DNA of 64,000 bases from a virus, in IMG/VR virus record IMGVR_UViG_3300037478_000449, positions 1-64,000 of that record; one strand, written 5' to 3'. The translations under genes and the position numbers were made by a program. The notes beneath the pieces are model-generated. The model was not told where the DNA came from, did not search any database, and saw only the letters and a list, made by a program, of their open reading frames with translations. Of the stretch, positions 19,025 through 30,108 are shown piece by piece; the stretch's first letter is position 1, and each line of letters starts with the position of its first letter.

Positions 19025-19935
19025 CACACGCCCTGCCAGACCACTAGCCGCATCATCCGCTCGTACTCGTCGTAGGGCCGCCACGCGTCGCACGCGTCGC
19101 ACCACACCCGGGGATCGTCACCACGCTGCCGGGGCTGGTGCTGCCGCAGTGTGCCGTCGCGTAGGCAGCCGTGGCAGGCGCCGGGGAGCTTCCGCACCGG
19201 GGAGGTGAGGCCGACCACCGACCGGGCCAGGTAGTGCAGCCTGCGCAGATGCGCGATGCCGCCGGCGCCGGTGGGGGAGCACACCTCCGTGGTAGTGGCC
19301 ACGCCGTGGTGTTCCGGCCCGTGGAGCACCATCCGCGGCAGGTCGTCATCCGCGCCGGCCCAGGGGTATTCGGCCATGTCCGTCTGGCCTACCCGGGCCA
19401 GTCTGCCCAGCCGGGGAGCGATCACCGTGCACGCGGTTTGCACCGCCCGGCCCTCCCGCACCCCGGCCGTCACCTCGTCGGATAGCCGGTCCAACTCCCG
19501 CACCACCGGCTCCCACGCTGTCGCCGTCTGCCAGATGGTCCGCTGCAGCACCAGCACGAACTCGCGCAGCGGCAGCGGATGCTCACCCCGGTCCCGCTTG
19601 CCCGGCTGGCCGTCGGACCACTGCGACAGCGGCTTGGGTAGCCACTGCTCCAGAGCCGCGTAGTCACCCGGCAGGGCACGCACGTCCCGTTCGGCGACGC
19701 GTAGGCAGTCGGGGCACAGCGGCACCGACGGATCAGCAAGCAGCGTCGCACGTCGCTTGGCCAGGTCGTACTCGGCGCACCGGTCACCGGCCGCGCACCG
19801 GCGAGACGCCACCAGGCCGCAGCCTTCCGACCCGCACCCACCCGGCACCGAGCACGGGGCGAACGGGCCGGTGTGGCAGGCACACGACGCCGGGCAGGCG
19901 GACGTGACGGTGGGGGTGGGGGTGGCAGCCGGCAT
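19024..19935 (-). CDS. Cys-rich phage protein (possible late regulator)
   Basis: Several CxxC pairs. Last early gene block before terS. Confidence 0.55.
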   Translation of the reverse strand: MPAATPTPTVTSACPASCACHTGPFAPCSVPGGCGSEGCGLVASRRCAAGDRCAEYDLAKRRATLLADPSVPLCPDCLRVAERDVRALPGDYAALEQWLPKPLSQWSDGQPGKRDRGEHPLPLREFVLVLQRTIWQTATAWEPVVRELDRLSDEVTAGVREGRAVQTACTVIAPRLGRLARVGQTDMAEYPWAGADDDLPRMVLHGPEHHGVATTTEVCSPTGAGGIAHLRRLHYLARSVVGLTSPVRKLPGACHGCLRDGTLRQHQPRQRGDDPRVWCDACDAWRPYDEYERMMRLVVWQGV

Positions 19936-20637
19936 GGTCGGGTCTCCTCCGCGGGCAGCTCGCTACGATTAGCGGTGAGCTGCCACCACGGGGGACGCGG
20001 GGGCGGTCGTACGCGGACGGCCCGGGGGATAGGAGTACCCCGGGCCGCCACGCTTGCAGGCAGACTACAGGCCGGCTGGTGGGCGGTTCTCGCAGCTCAC
20101 ACGGCGTGTCGGTGGCGTCCCGCCTGTCGGGCGCACAGCGCGCAGTGTGTGGTTTCGGCGCGGTACGGGTTGGTCGCCTCCACCTGCCGCTCGACCTCGC
20201 GCCAGGACCTCGGCAGCGACGCGGCGTACCGGCCGACCTGCGCCCCTGGCACGCCGTACACGGCCCGGAGGTCCCGCTGCACCCGCGCGGCCTGCCGCCG
20301 GGCCGCCTCGGCGCGCTGGTCAGCCTCGGTGGCGGCCCGGCGGCGCTCGGCCGCCAAGTCCAGCTCCGGCGGGGGAGGCACGGCGGTCCCGGCGAGCCAG
20401 GACACCCGCCAGCACAGCTCAGCCGGAGACGGGACAGTCACTCCGCACTCCAGCCCGGCTCCATCAGGTCCACGAACCCCACCCACCGCCAACCTCCATC
20501 CGCCGGAACCATGATGCTCAGGTTCCCGACCCGGTTGCGGACCAGCCGCCCGTCGGGAAACCGTTCCGCAACCTGCCGCAGCACCTCGGCCAACTCCGCA
20601 GGCGACGAACTCGGCCCCATGCGGTCAACCACGTAGC

Positions 20638-21117
20638 TCACTGTGACCCCCACTTTTCCTGGTACCCGTCGCGGCTGGCGTACGCCATGGCAAGGTGCTG
20701 GACCGTCGGGCAGGGCCAGCGAACCGTTCCGTCGCCACAGGCGTCACAGGCAGGGCTTCCATCGTCGGTGTAGACGTAGCTACGGCCTCCGGTGTGCACG
20801 TCCAGGATCGCCCGGTGGGCTGCTACCCGACGCAGCACCGAGGCGGGGTCGTTCCGGGCGATGTGCTCAGCCTCAGCGATGCACCCGCGTGCATCCTCCG
20901 GGCAGCCATCGGCCTCATCTGCGCAGCGCCACACAGCGGGCTCGATCTCCCGTCGCCACTGCACGTCGCTGCCAACCTCGGTGCGTACACCCGGGCCGAA
21001 GTCGCCATTGGTGACCGCCGTCCACCGGTCGCCGCACCCCTTAGCCCGGCGGGCCTGCGCCTCATCGTTGTCGATCTGGGCGGCCAGCCACACCAGCATC
21101 CCGTCAGGCTGTCCCAT
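20638..21117 (-). CDS. DUF6221-like protein
   Basis: WLAAQIDNDE...AEHIARNDPASVLRRVAAHRAILD...WPCPTVQHLA..Y. Confidence 0.7.
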   Translation of the reverse strand: MGQPDGMLVWLAAQIDNDEAQARRAKGCGDRWTAVTNGDFGPGVRTEVGSDVQWRREIEPAVWRCADEADGCPEDARGCIAEAEHIARNDPASVLRRVAAHRAILDVHTGGRSYVYTDDGSPACDACGDGTVRWPCPTVQHLAMAYASRDGYQEKWGSQ

Positions 21118-21424
21118 CGTCGCCCCTCCCGTCGCAGCCGGTCGTCCGGCTGCCGAGCACCGGCCAGCGCCGAACCAACCGCGACAGCACTGGATGCGCC
21201 GTCCACCCGGCGCCGAGAACAGCGGCCGGCAGCACCAGACCGCCGTAGGCCCACCACGTCCACCGCGGCGCGTCGGCCAGCAGCCACCCGCCAGCCGCCA
21301 CCGCCGACACCATCACAGCCCCGCACACCACCCCGTGGGTGTACAGCAGGCAGCGGGGGACCGCCTCCCACTCGGCGGGCCGATCCCGGTCGGGCCGCAT
21401 CAGTCGCCCACCCCGCACCGGCAC
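21104..21424 (-). CDS. Small membrane protein
   Basis: Two hydrophobic segments. Confidence 0.5.
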   Translation of the reverse strand: MPVRGGRLMRPDRDRPAEWEAVPRCLLYTHGVVCGAVMVSAVAAGGWLLADAPRWTWWAYGGLVLPAAVLGAGWTAHPVLSRLVRRWPVLGSRTTGCDGRGDDGTA

Positions 21425-21659
21425 GGCTCATCCGGATCACCGCACCAGTAGGCGTGAGAGTCCGGAACCTGAACCGGCTCGGTCGGGCACCGGTCGCCCG
21501 GGGCGTGTCCGCCGCGGGCCAGGAACACCGCCCGCTGGGCCTCGGTCAGGCCGTCCCGGTCCGCGTGCGCCTCCAACTGCTCGCCGAGATGGGTCAGCAA
21601 GGGCGCCCACGCTTGCGGGCTACAGCAGGTTCGGGTCTGGTCAGACTGCATGGATACTC

Positions 21660-21712
21660 CCCTAATGTTCGATAATAACCGTTATGTCAAGTTGTGGCGT
21701 TTCGTCCCGATT
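21660..21712 (-). promoter_or_regulatory. AT-rich leftward promoter/operator region
   Basis: TTGACA on minus strand (21685-21690) abutting the palindrome ATAACCGTTAT. No clear -10. Confidence 0.45.
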
Positions 21713-23012
21713 AGGCACCCGCCCAACCATGCTCGGTGTACCGGCCCTCAGTGACCACCGCCAGCATCCGCGCCGCCGACCAGCCGCGCTCAGCGGCGGC
21801 GGCCAGGGCGCGCTCGTACATTGCCTCATCGGCGCACACAGCCCGTAGCGCCACCCGGTCGGACTCGGCCTGCGCCGCAGCAGCGACCGCCCGACGGACC
21901 CCCGCCGGCAGTACCCCGAACGCGGCGACTGCCCCGGCGCCGGAGCGGACGATCTGCTCGCCAACCCTACGGATCGCGGTCACGGTCCCGTCCCGGTCGG
22001 CCGGCCCAGTTACCACGCTGCCGTCCGGGCGTACCTCCGACACCTCCAACTCGGTGACCTCCGACCGGTCAGAACCAGCAGCCGACCAGCGGACCTGGAT
22101 CCGATCGCCCTGCCGGAGCCGATCGGCCGGTCCCATAACCCTCCGCAGCTCCGGCCAGTCCACCCGGCGAGTCTCGTCCACCCACGTCGCGGTCGGGTGC
22201 GCCACATAAGGCGTCAGGTCAATACCGCCTGCTAGCTCCGCCAGGGTAGGCGCCTCCGATTCGGCCGGCGGGTCGGGCATCCAGAACACGGTCCCCGCGG
22301 CGCGCGGGTCCACCCGGCCGTCCAGGACCGCCCACTCACCTTCCTCAGCCTCGTAAGCCTCGGCGAGCTGCCGGGCAAGCCGGTTGAATCCCTCGGCTGC
22401 CTGACTGACGCTGGCACCGAACGCTGACGCGAACTCAGCGAACGCGTCAACGGCCGGTTCCGGGTCGAGCCGGCGCCGGTCGCCCAGCTCCCGCTCCAAC
22501 CGGTACCACACCCGATCGCGGCCCTCCCACTCACGCACCACCTCGGCGGAAACGTCCACGCCGACGAACCGGTGCCCGTCGTCCAGACGGAACCACCACT
22601 GGTCGCTACCCGCACGGCGGTAGGTGCGGCGGGTGAAGCTCCCTCGCTCCTCGATCTGCACCAACTCCAGGCCGCTGTCGTCGAAGGCGGTCACCAGGTC
22701 CGGGCGCCAGCGGGCGGCGTGCGGACCACCCAGCCACGGCGCGTCGGTGTCCGGGCCACGGTGGGTCGGCTCGCAGTCCGGTGAGCAGTACGTCGAACCC
22801 AGCCGCGGGTCGGCGCCGCACGGACACCGGCCGTCGATCGCCGCATCCACCCGGCCCAGGGTGCCGGCCGCGCTAGGCGGCGGCCCGGCAGCCTGCTCGC
22901 GCAACTGCTCCTGCACCATCGCCCCCACATCTAGCGGTGGCTCCGCCAGCTCGGCCTGCACGTGCCGCGAGATCGGTATCCGCCACTGGCTGTCACCCGG
23001 CACCGTCACCAC
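21711..23012 (-). CDS. Mosaic hypothetical protein
   Basis: 433-aa ORF with CPCG...YCSPDC motif. Confidence 0.6.
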   Translation of the reverse strand: MVTVPGDSQWRIPISRHVQAELAEPPLDVGAMVQEQLREQAAGPPPSAAGTLGRVDAAIDGRCPCGADPRLGSTYCSPDCEPTHRGPDTDAPWLGGPHAARWRPDLVTAFDDSGLELVQIEERGSFTRRTYRRAGSDQWWFRLDDGHRFVGVDVSAEVVREWEGRDRVWYRLERELGDRRRLDPEPAVDAFAEFASAFGASVSQAAEGFNRLARQLAEAYEAEEGEWAVLDGRVDPRAAGTVFWMPDPPAESEAPTLAELAGGIDLTPYVAHPTATWVDETRRVDWPELRRVMGPADRLRQGDRIQVRWSAAGSDRSEVTELEVSEVRPDGSVVTGPADRDGTVTAIRRVGEQIVRSGAGAVAAFGVLPAGVRRAVAAAAQAESDRVALRAVCADEAMYERALAAAAERGWSAARMLAVVTEGRYTEHGWAGA

Positions 23013-23424
23013 TCCCCTGCCCCTCCCCGCCGATCTTGTCGTCCAGTACCACCGGGATCACCTTCAGGTGCGGGTAGTTCATAGCTAGCTCCGTCAGCGG
23101 GTTGACCCGGGTATGGTCCTCCGCAGCCAGTGGCGACACCACCAGGAACTCCCCGTAGGTGGCCGCTTGGCCGGCCAGCCAAGCGAGTACGTCCGCCTCG
23201 CCGTCGAAGCTCTCCGGCACCGGCACGCCAGCGAGCTTCGGATGCTGGCGCAGCAGCTCCGGCCGGCACTCCTCCGCCGCCCTCGGAAGCTGGTGCGTGA
23301 ACAGCGTGTCGCCAGTCATGAAGTCCAGCAAGGCGTGAACCGCACCGATGTGGCCCGGCGCCACCAGCCGGCCGGTGGTCACGGACAGAACGTCACCCAG
23401 GTGGAACTTGCGAGTATCAGCCAC
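22993..23424 (-). CDS. Conserved phage hypothetical protein
   Basis: FHLGDVLSVTTGRL...FMTGDTLFTHQLPR. Confidence 0.65.
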   Translation of the reverse strand: MADTRKFHLGDVLSVTTGRLVAPGHIGAVHALLDFMTGDTLFTHQLPRAAEECRPELLRQHPKLAGVPVPESFDGEADVLAWLAGQAATYGEFLVVSPLAAEDHTRVNPLTELAMNYPHLKVIPVVLDDKIGGEGQGSGDGAG

Positions 23425-23957
23425 GGGTCTCCCCCCTTCAGCAGCGCGGCGAACTGGGCAAAATGGGCCGCCCATTCCGCCTCATCCCAGAACCATCGGT
23501 AGTACGCCTGCCGCTCGGCGGCACGGAGCAGGATCGGCGGCTGGCCGAGCCACATCTGGTGGAGCCAAAACAGCAGCCGGCCTACTCGGCCATTGCCGTC
23601 AATGAATGGGTGCATGCGCTCGAACCGGACGTGCATCGCCCGCGGGTCCCGCTCCGACCATGTGTGCATGTCCCGCAGCCAGTCGGCCAGCAGCCCGGGC
23701 ACCTGCTCCGGCGGCGGGCACACCCGGCCGCCCACCCGCACCCCCACCGTCCGCAGCACCCCCGCGTGCTGGCCGAGCTGGTCAGCGGTGACCCCCCAGT
23801 GGCAGGCCAGCACCGTCTCCAGATCAAGCACCCGGGCCGCCGACAGCTCGATCCAGGCTTGCTCACTGGTGGCGTCCGCCGCCGGGTCGTCGATGCCCTC
23901 GATCAGGTTCGACTCCCGGATGTGCTCGCGGGTCAGCCCGCCCGACATCTCACCCAT
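23379..23957 (-). CDS. Fic-domain protein (AMPylase)
   Basis: HPFIDGNGRVGR catalytic motif. N-terminal SNLIEG inhibitory motif. Confidence 0.92.
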   Translation of the reverse strand: MGEMSGGLTREHIRESNLIEGIDDPAADATSEQAWIELSAARVLDLETVLACHWGVTADQLGQHAGVLRTVGVRVGGRVCPPPEQVPGLLADWLRDMHTWSERDPRAMHVRFERMHPFIDGNGRVGRLLFWLHQMWLGQPPILLRAAERQAYYRWFWDEAEWAAHFAQFAALLKGGDPWLILASSTWVTFCP

Positions 23958-24310
23958 CCCCGGGCACCTCCTCTACCGGTCCGGTGACGATCAGCCGGCG
24001 CACCAGCCGCGACACCACGACGTTGCCCTCGATCTCCGCCTGCGCAGCCAGTACATCCTCCGCGGCGTCGTGGGTGCCGCGAAAGTCCACGTACGTCCGG
24101 CCGTCCGGCCAGACCATCTCCACCCCGTACTCCCACCGCCAGCCGATAGCGCCGAGCTGCGCGTTCACGGCCTCCACCGCTAGGGCGGCCAACTCCGGAG
24201 TGTCCATCCGGCCGATGTCCCGCCCGGCCGGGTTGTCCGGGGTCATGGCGTACAGGTTGCGGGGGACCTTGCTGCCGACCCGCCACCGCTCCCCCGGCTC
24301 GGGCGTGTGC

Positions 24311-24559
24311 TCAACCACTGTCCACCGCCTCCCCGGTGGCTCCGGTGACCTCCCGCAGGGTTTTGAGCTGCCGCGCCCGTAGCTCCATCTGGGCGTGGCC
24401 TTCCGGGGTGGCCCAGATGCCGCCCCGCTCGACCAGCCCAGCCGCCGCCGGGTCGCCGCAGCCGCCCCGGTCGGGGCGGTGGGCGTCGAATCCGGCCAGG
24501 TTGCGGAAGGTACGCCCGCAGACCGAGCAGCGGCAGCGGGAGCCGACCAGCTCACCCAC
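24311..24559 (-). CDS. FDxHR-type zinc-binding phage protein
   Basis: CSVCGRTFRNLAGFDAHR. Confidence 0.65.
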   Translation of the reverse strand: MGELVGSRCRCSVCGRTFRNLAGFDAHRPDRGGCGDPAAAGLVERGGIWATPEGHAQMELRARQLKTLREVTGATGEAVDSG

Positions 24560-26361
24560 TGTCCACCACCTCTCCGGTCACTCGCGGGCGGACCTTGCCG
24601 ACGTAGCCGCCATGCGCCACCGGCGGCGGCTCGTACCGCGTCCCGGTGACGAACCCGACCGCCCCGGACGGCTTATCCGGCTCGGCACCGGCGGTGTGGT
24701 CCCACAGCTCGCGGACGGTCCGGGCCAGCGGCTCCAGCTCGCCGTCGTGGTCGACGATGATGTGCCGACCGCCGGCGTTGATCTCGACCCGGCTCACGGC
24801 GTCTCCCCACTGGCTCCGGTGACCTCCCGGACGATCCGGGCAGCGTCGTCGCGGCCTTCCACCCAGCCGGACCACCACGCGGGGATGGCTGGCGACGGGT
24901 CCGGGCCTGGGTTCTCCTCGACCGCCCGGGCGGCGTCCTCACCGGCCTGAGCCCGGACCCGGGCATCGTGGGCGGGCAGCACCGCCCGCTGCAGCTCCCG
25001 CCAGACGTGCAGCGAATGGAGCCGGCCCAAGTCGCCCGTGTCAACACCCCAGCCGCAGATGCAACTACCGATGTCGCGGCGCTGGTGGGTGATGAGCGTC
25101 TTCACCGCGCCGAAGTCGACACCGCCCCATGTCCCGATGGCCGGGTCGGCGTCGGTGAACGGCTCAGCCGACATCGGTCTCCCCCTTCGTAGCGCGAGCC
25201 CGAACGGTGGCGCAGGGCCACGTCTCGCCGCAGCCCTCGTAGATCCGGCGGCCGGAAGACCATCCGCAGTACAGCACCCCGTCATCGCTGAACGGCTTGT
25301 GGACCACCGGCGGGTGCGCCGTGCACTCCGGGCGGACCATGACCCCAGCGGTGGGGCAGGTGCAGCCGGGTTCGGTGGTCTTGCGCCAGCCGGCGGCGGC
25401 CAGCGCGTCCAGCACCGCCACCGCCACGCCCGGGATGGGCTTGGACAAGGTGCTCTCCAGCGTCGCGGCCAGCAGCTCCACGGTGGCCGGGTCGTAGTCA
25501 GCCATGGTCATCCCCCTTCGCTTGCAGCACCCACTCATCCATAGCCGGCGTCACCAGCCCGCCGGTCACCTCGGGGCGGAAGCGCAGATCCCACACCGGC
25601 GGCCCGGACGGGCCGCTCGGGCCGATGGGCCAGACTTGGGCCAGGTCCCGCAGCGGCAGGGCGTGGTCCAGCAGGATCGCCACGGCGTGCCAGGCGGCAC
25701 CGGGCGAGCCGACGATCCGCACGGTCGGGTATGGGTAGCAGTGGCCGGGACTGGCGTCACACGACTCCACCAGGCCGACACCCAGCGGAGCGCCGCATCG
25801 CTGTAGCAGGTCCACTACGTGCGCGATGCCCAGGTCTAGCGGGCACTCCGGCGCGATCCGGCGGGCGGTCATGAGCGCCCGCGCCCTGGCCTGGTCGTGG
25901 TCAGCCGGCGGCATCTCGCACCTCCATGGCGATGGCGGCACCATCCTCGATGCTGGCGCCCGGGTCGGCCCGGCCGCGTGCAATCAGCCGCGCGGCGATC
26001 TCCTCGGCCACCTCCCGGCGGCAGTCCCGACACGGGCCGGCCAACTCGGTGGGGCGGCGGACCGGCAGCGCCGGCGGGGGCGGCGCCGGCGGCAGCATGG
26101 TCTCGATCCGCTGGCCGCGGTCGTAGCGGTCAGGCATCGGGCACCTCCCCGTCGTCCGCGCTGTGAGCGCGCCACCACCGGTCCACCAAGCGCATCATGA
26201 GCAGCCCGGCAGCGGTCGGCATCGCTATCACGATCACCAACGCCGCCGGCCAGGGCAGAAGCAACACCACTAGCCACATCAGCGCCACGACCGCTGCCCC
26301 GCCGCCGGCTACGGCGAGGGCGAACTCCTGAAGGTCGAGGTCGTCCATCGTCGGCCGCCGC

Positions 26362-26796
26362 TCAGGCATCGCGCACCTCCGGCTCGGGTGGGGCGGCGGA
26401 CAGCCGGCCGTGGTCGGACAGCAGCGACCGCCACGGTTTGACGCACAGGGTCGGGTGCCACACCCCCGGTGCCTGCCGTACCAGCCGCCAGTGGCCGGGC
26501 ACGTCCCGCTCCCACCGGCAGCCGTGCCCGTCGTCCACCGCGACCACCTCCGGGCCGGGCTCGGCCGGGAACTCCCACGTGGTCGGGGCGGCGGCCATGC
26601 TGGACTGCTCCCTGTCGCGGATCCAGGCGGCGAGCGTCAGCATCTCGGCGCGTGACGCCACCACCTCAAACGGCCGGCGCCACCGGCCCCGGTACACGCA
26701 GACGTACCCCTCGGCGCCGGCCGCGTTGTAGTCGAGGCCATGGGACCGGATCGAGCGCCACTGCAGCGGCAGCCATCGCCACAACCAGTCAGGCAT
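26362..26796 (-). CDS. Hypothetical protein
   Basis: MPDWLWRWL... coupled to the upstream ORF. Confidence 0.5.
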   Translation of the reverse strand: MPDWLWRWLPLQWRSIRSHGLDYNAAGAEGYVCVYRGRWRRPFEVVASRAEMLTLAAWIRDREQSSMAAAPTTWEFPAEPGPEVVAVDDGHGCRWERDVPGHWRLVRQAPGVWHPTLCVKPWRSLLSDHGRLSAAPPEPEVRDA

Positions 26797-28948
26797 CGCT
26801 GGGCTCCTCTCCGCCGGCTGGGGCCGGCTCCGGGCTGCCGGCCGGGCGGCGGTCGATCGCCTCCACCCACGCCACCGCAACCGCAGCGACTTGGATCAGC
26901 TCTACCCTCAGCCGAGCGGAGCCAGCCTCAGCGAACGCCTCCGCGACCTCTTCAGCCAGGATGTCTCGCCAGTTGTCCTCTGCCGGCCCGTTGGCCTTGC
27001 ACGCGGCCCTCAGCCGGGCGGCGGTGTGGCGGTCGCCGACGCGAGCGGTGCCGTCAAGGTGATCCGGCTGGCCCCACTTTGCGCTCTGCCTAGCGCGCTC
27101 CGCGGCAATCTCACCGAGCACGCCGACCGTGGCGCTAGCCATCGTCGCCACCTCCGCGTCGGGGGCCGGCTCCGGGCTGCCGGGGACGGGGCGGGTGCCG
27201 GCGCGGATCTCGCCCGCCCTGCCCAAGACCCACTGCGGCACGTTGATGCGACCGGACAGCCGGCGTATCTCCGTGGCGAGCCAGGCGCCGAAGTCGGCGG
27301 CGGCGTCCCGGCGGGCGGTGGCCAGCTGCTCGGCGTAGCTGTCGGCGACGGTGCGCGCCTCAGCCGCTTGCAGCCGCGTCCGGTCGACCTCCTCGCGGGC
27401 GGCGAGCAGATCGTCCTTCACCGTCTCCAGCGCGTCGGACATCCGCATCCCAAACTCGTGCTTCTGCTCGGCCTGCCGGATCGCCTCAGCCCGGGAGCAG
27501 CCGTCCCAGCCGGGCTGACCTTCCTCGCCCACCAGCCGCTCCAGCCGGTCGCACTCGCTACGGGCGCCGACCAGCTCCTCCTCCAACCGGGCCACCTCAC
27601 GCTGGGCCTGGTCGCGCTGCACCTCGAAGCGGCAGCCCTCATCCGCCCACGCCAGGGCGGTCTTGGTGAATCGGGCCAGGTCGGCGGACACCACGGCCAG
27701 CCTGGCGCGTGCCTCGGACAGCTCGCTGTCCAGCCGCTCGGCCGTCTCCATCCAACGGTGGTTCCGCTTGTCGCGGGTGTCCCACAGGTCTTTTCGGTCG
27801 GCCTTGGCGTTCTCCAGCTCGGCGGTGAGCCGGGCCAGCTCGCCGCGGGCGGCGTCACGCTCGGCCAACGCATCGTAGAGCTGGGTGGAGCGGGTATCCA
27901 GCGCCCCGACGTGCAGGTCCCGGTCGGCGAGCACTGCGCGGACCTGCCGGCCGATGTCCGGGTCCCGGGTCTCCGCCGGGCCGGTCTCCAGCCACTCGGC
28001 GAACTCCAGCAACGGCCGGCGTGCCCAGCCGTCACCGGCCAGGCCGCCGGCCGACTCCGCGCTTGCATTTGCCGGCCCGGATTGTAAGTCCGTGCCGGCG
28101 TAGGAGGCCAGCGGTGGCAGCCCGCACGCCTCGATCTCCGCGTCGGTCAGCCACTCCAGCGCGCCGGTGCGGTGCCGACGGTCCGGGTCATCGTGCGGGC
28201 GGTGGCCCTGGTACAGCTCGCACTGCCCATGCGCCGGGTGGGTGGCCGGGCAGCGACGCTGGTCATCCGGGGCGGGCTCGCCGAGCGCGTCCCACGCGGC
28301 GATGAGTGCCAGGTCTGCGCCATCCGCCCACAGCGCCGGGTCGTCACCGTCACAGCACGCGCGCCGCCACTGCCCCAACGCGTCCAGCACCCGGGCGACG
28401 GACGGGTCCACCAGCAGCACCTCACGCACCGGGCCGCGGTCCACGTCGAGCATCTCCCGAGACATCGCGTACGGCCCACGTAGCCACCACCCACCCGGCT
28501 TCCCGTGGTCCGGCTCCCAGACGCGGCCGTGGCGGTCCAGCAGCGCCCGGCCCAGGATGGCCGGGCCGGTGGGCTCCGGGGTGGGGCCGGCGGCTGCGGT
28601 GGCGTCTCCGGCCGGCTGGGCGGGCGCGGCGGGCGGCTCCGGCTGGTCGGCCCACTGGCCGGGCATCCCCGCGGCAATCGAGTTGACCACGCCGAGCAGC
28701 TCGCTCTCCGCCTGGCGGTAGCCGAGCTCGCGCATACGGCGTGCGGCGTCGCGGTACGCGGCGGCCCACACACTGCGGCGGTTGGTGTCCCACTCCTCCG
28801 CCGGGGCCAGTACCATCCGGCGACCTGGGCGCCGCATCGACGGCAAGGTGATGTCCAGCTCGTCCGGCTCCGGCGTCTCGACCGGCTGGCCGGCTCGCGG
28901 GCCGGACGCGTGCGTGGCCGGCTGGGGGGTCGGGTCGGTGGCGGTCAT
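26789..28948 (-). CDS. Large mosaic coiled-coil protein with C-terminal MazG-like NTP-pyrophosphatase domain
   Basis: Heptad-rich middle. C-term EIAAERARQ..KWG...WRDILAEEVAEA...ELIQVAAVAVAWVEAIDRR. Confidence 0.65.
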   Translation of the reverse strand: MTATDPTPQPATHASGPRAGQPVETPEPDELDITLPSMRRPGRRMVLAPAEEWDTNRRSVWAAAYRDAARRMRELGYRQAESELLGVVNSIAAGMPGQWADQPEPPAAPAQPAGDATAAAGPTPEPTGPAILGRALLDRHGRVWEPDHGKPGGWWLRGPYAMSREMLDVDRGPVREVLLVDPSVARVLDALGQWRRACCDGDDPALWADGADLALIAAWDALGEPAPDDQRRCPATHPAHGQCELYQGHRPHDDPDRRHRTGALEWLTDAEIEACGLPPLASYAGTDLQSGPANASAESAGGLAGDGWARRPLLEFAEWLETGPAETRDPDIGRQVRAVLADRDLHVGALDTRSTQLYDALAERDAARGELARLTAELENAKADRKDLWDTRDKRNHRWMETAERLDSELSEARARLAVVSADLARFTKTALAWADEGCRFEVQRDQAQREVARLEEELVGARSECDRLERLVGEEGQPGWDGCSRAEAIRQAEQKHEFGMRMSDALETVKDDLLAAREEVDRTRLQAAEARTVADSYAEQLATARRDAAADFGAWLATEIRRLSGRINVPQWVLGRAGEIRAGTRPVPGSPEPAPDAEVATMASATVGVLGEIAAERARQSAKWGQPDHLDGTARVGDRHTAARLRAACKANGPAEDNWRDILAEEVAEAFAEAGSARLRVELIQVAAVAVAWVEAIDRRPAGSPEPAPAGGEEPSDA

Positions 28949-30108
28949 CGTGGGGTCTCCTCAAACTCCAGCTCAATGCGGCCACGTGCGTCTCTCCTCG
29001 CGCCGACGACGGTCACCTGCCTGCCCGCCCAATTCTGGATCTTCCCCAGCAGGATCCGCTCGGCCTCGGCGTCCACCCACGCCGCGATCTTCGCCCACGC
29101 TTCATCCGCCGGTAGCAGTTGCCGGCACCTGCCGCACCAGACCACAAGCGGTGCGTTGGCCTGATACCGGTTGTTGTTCTCGTCGTCGAAGGACGTCTTA
29201 GGCCATCCGTGTTTCGCGTGGCTCACGGCTGGGCCTCCTCTCGGGTGGTGGTGGCTCCGCACCGGCACTCGCAGGTGCCGGGTCGGCGCAGGGCTGGGTC
29301 GTCTTGGTGGTCGGGCACCCGGGCGCAGGTGTGGTGGGTGTTTGTGGCTATCCCGGGGATGTCGTCCGCCCAGCGGTAGCCGCACAGCTCGGCGGTGGTG
29401 GCGGTCATCGGCGCCGGTCCCGGTCATCCTCGCCACCGTTGCCGGGGCGGGAGCCGTCGCGGATGTGCGCAGCGCCCAGCTCGGCCAAGCCCAGCCACAG
29501 CTCATCGAATAGGTCAAGGTTCGCCTCGACGCTGGCCAGCGAATCCTTGATCCGCGCCAGGGCGCTCGACGTGGCAGCGGCGACCGCGCACCACCGGCAG
29601 TCAGGGTCGGCGTCGACGTGCCCGGCATGCACGGCAGCCTCGTGCGACAGCCGGCTTAGTCGTTCGGTGAGCGGCGGCGGGTCGGGTGGCCTGTGGGTGG
29701 TCATCGTGGGTCCTCTCGGTTAGTTTCATCCGGCAGTCCGCACTGGCCGAGGTGGTGCCGCCGACGGCGGACCAACTCACCATCCACGGCAACTCCCATC
29801 GACACCGGCCAGCCGATGGGGCAGCGGCACACCGCCGCCGGGTTGGCCGCCGGCTTGCCACGGCGGCGGGTACGGTCAGCCAACGTCTTCTCCCAACTCG
29901 TGCCCCTCGGCCGCCAATCCGTCCACCTCAGTCACCAGGCGCACCGAGTGAACCGCCTGCGCGTTCACCAGCAGAATCGGCGCCTGCTCCGCCCGCCCAC
30001 GCCAGAACCGGTACACCAGCGGACCTCCGCCGGCGCGCCCGCCGCACTCCCCCATGCCATCGCACTCCAGCACCTCAGCCGGCTTGTCAATCCAGTCGAT
30101 CTGGTACT

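Noticed and set aside
21655-21675. LexA/SOS box
   Set aside because: Only one GTTCGA half-site; the other half does not match.
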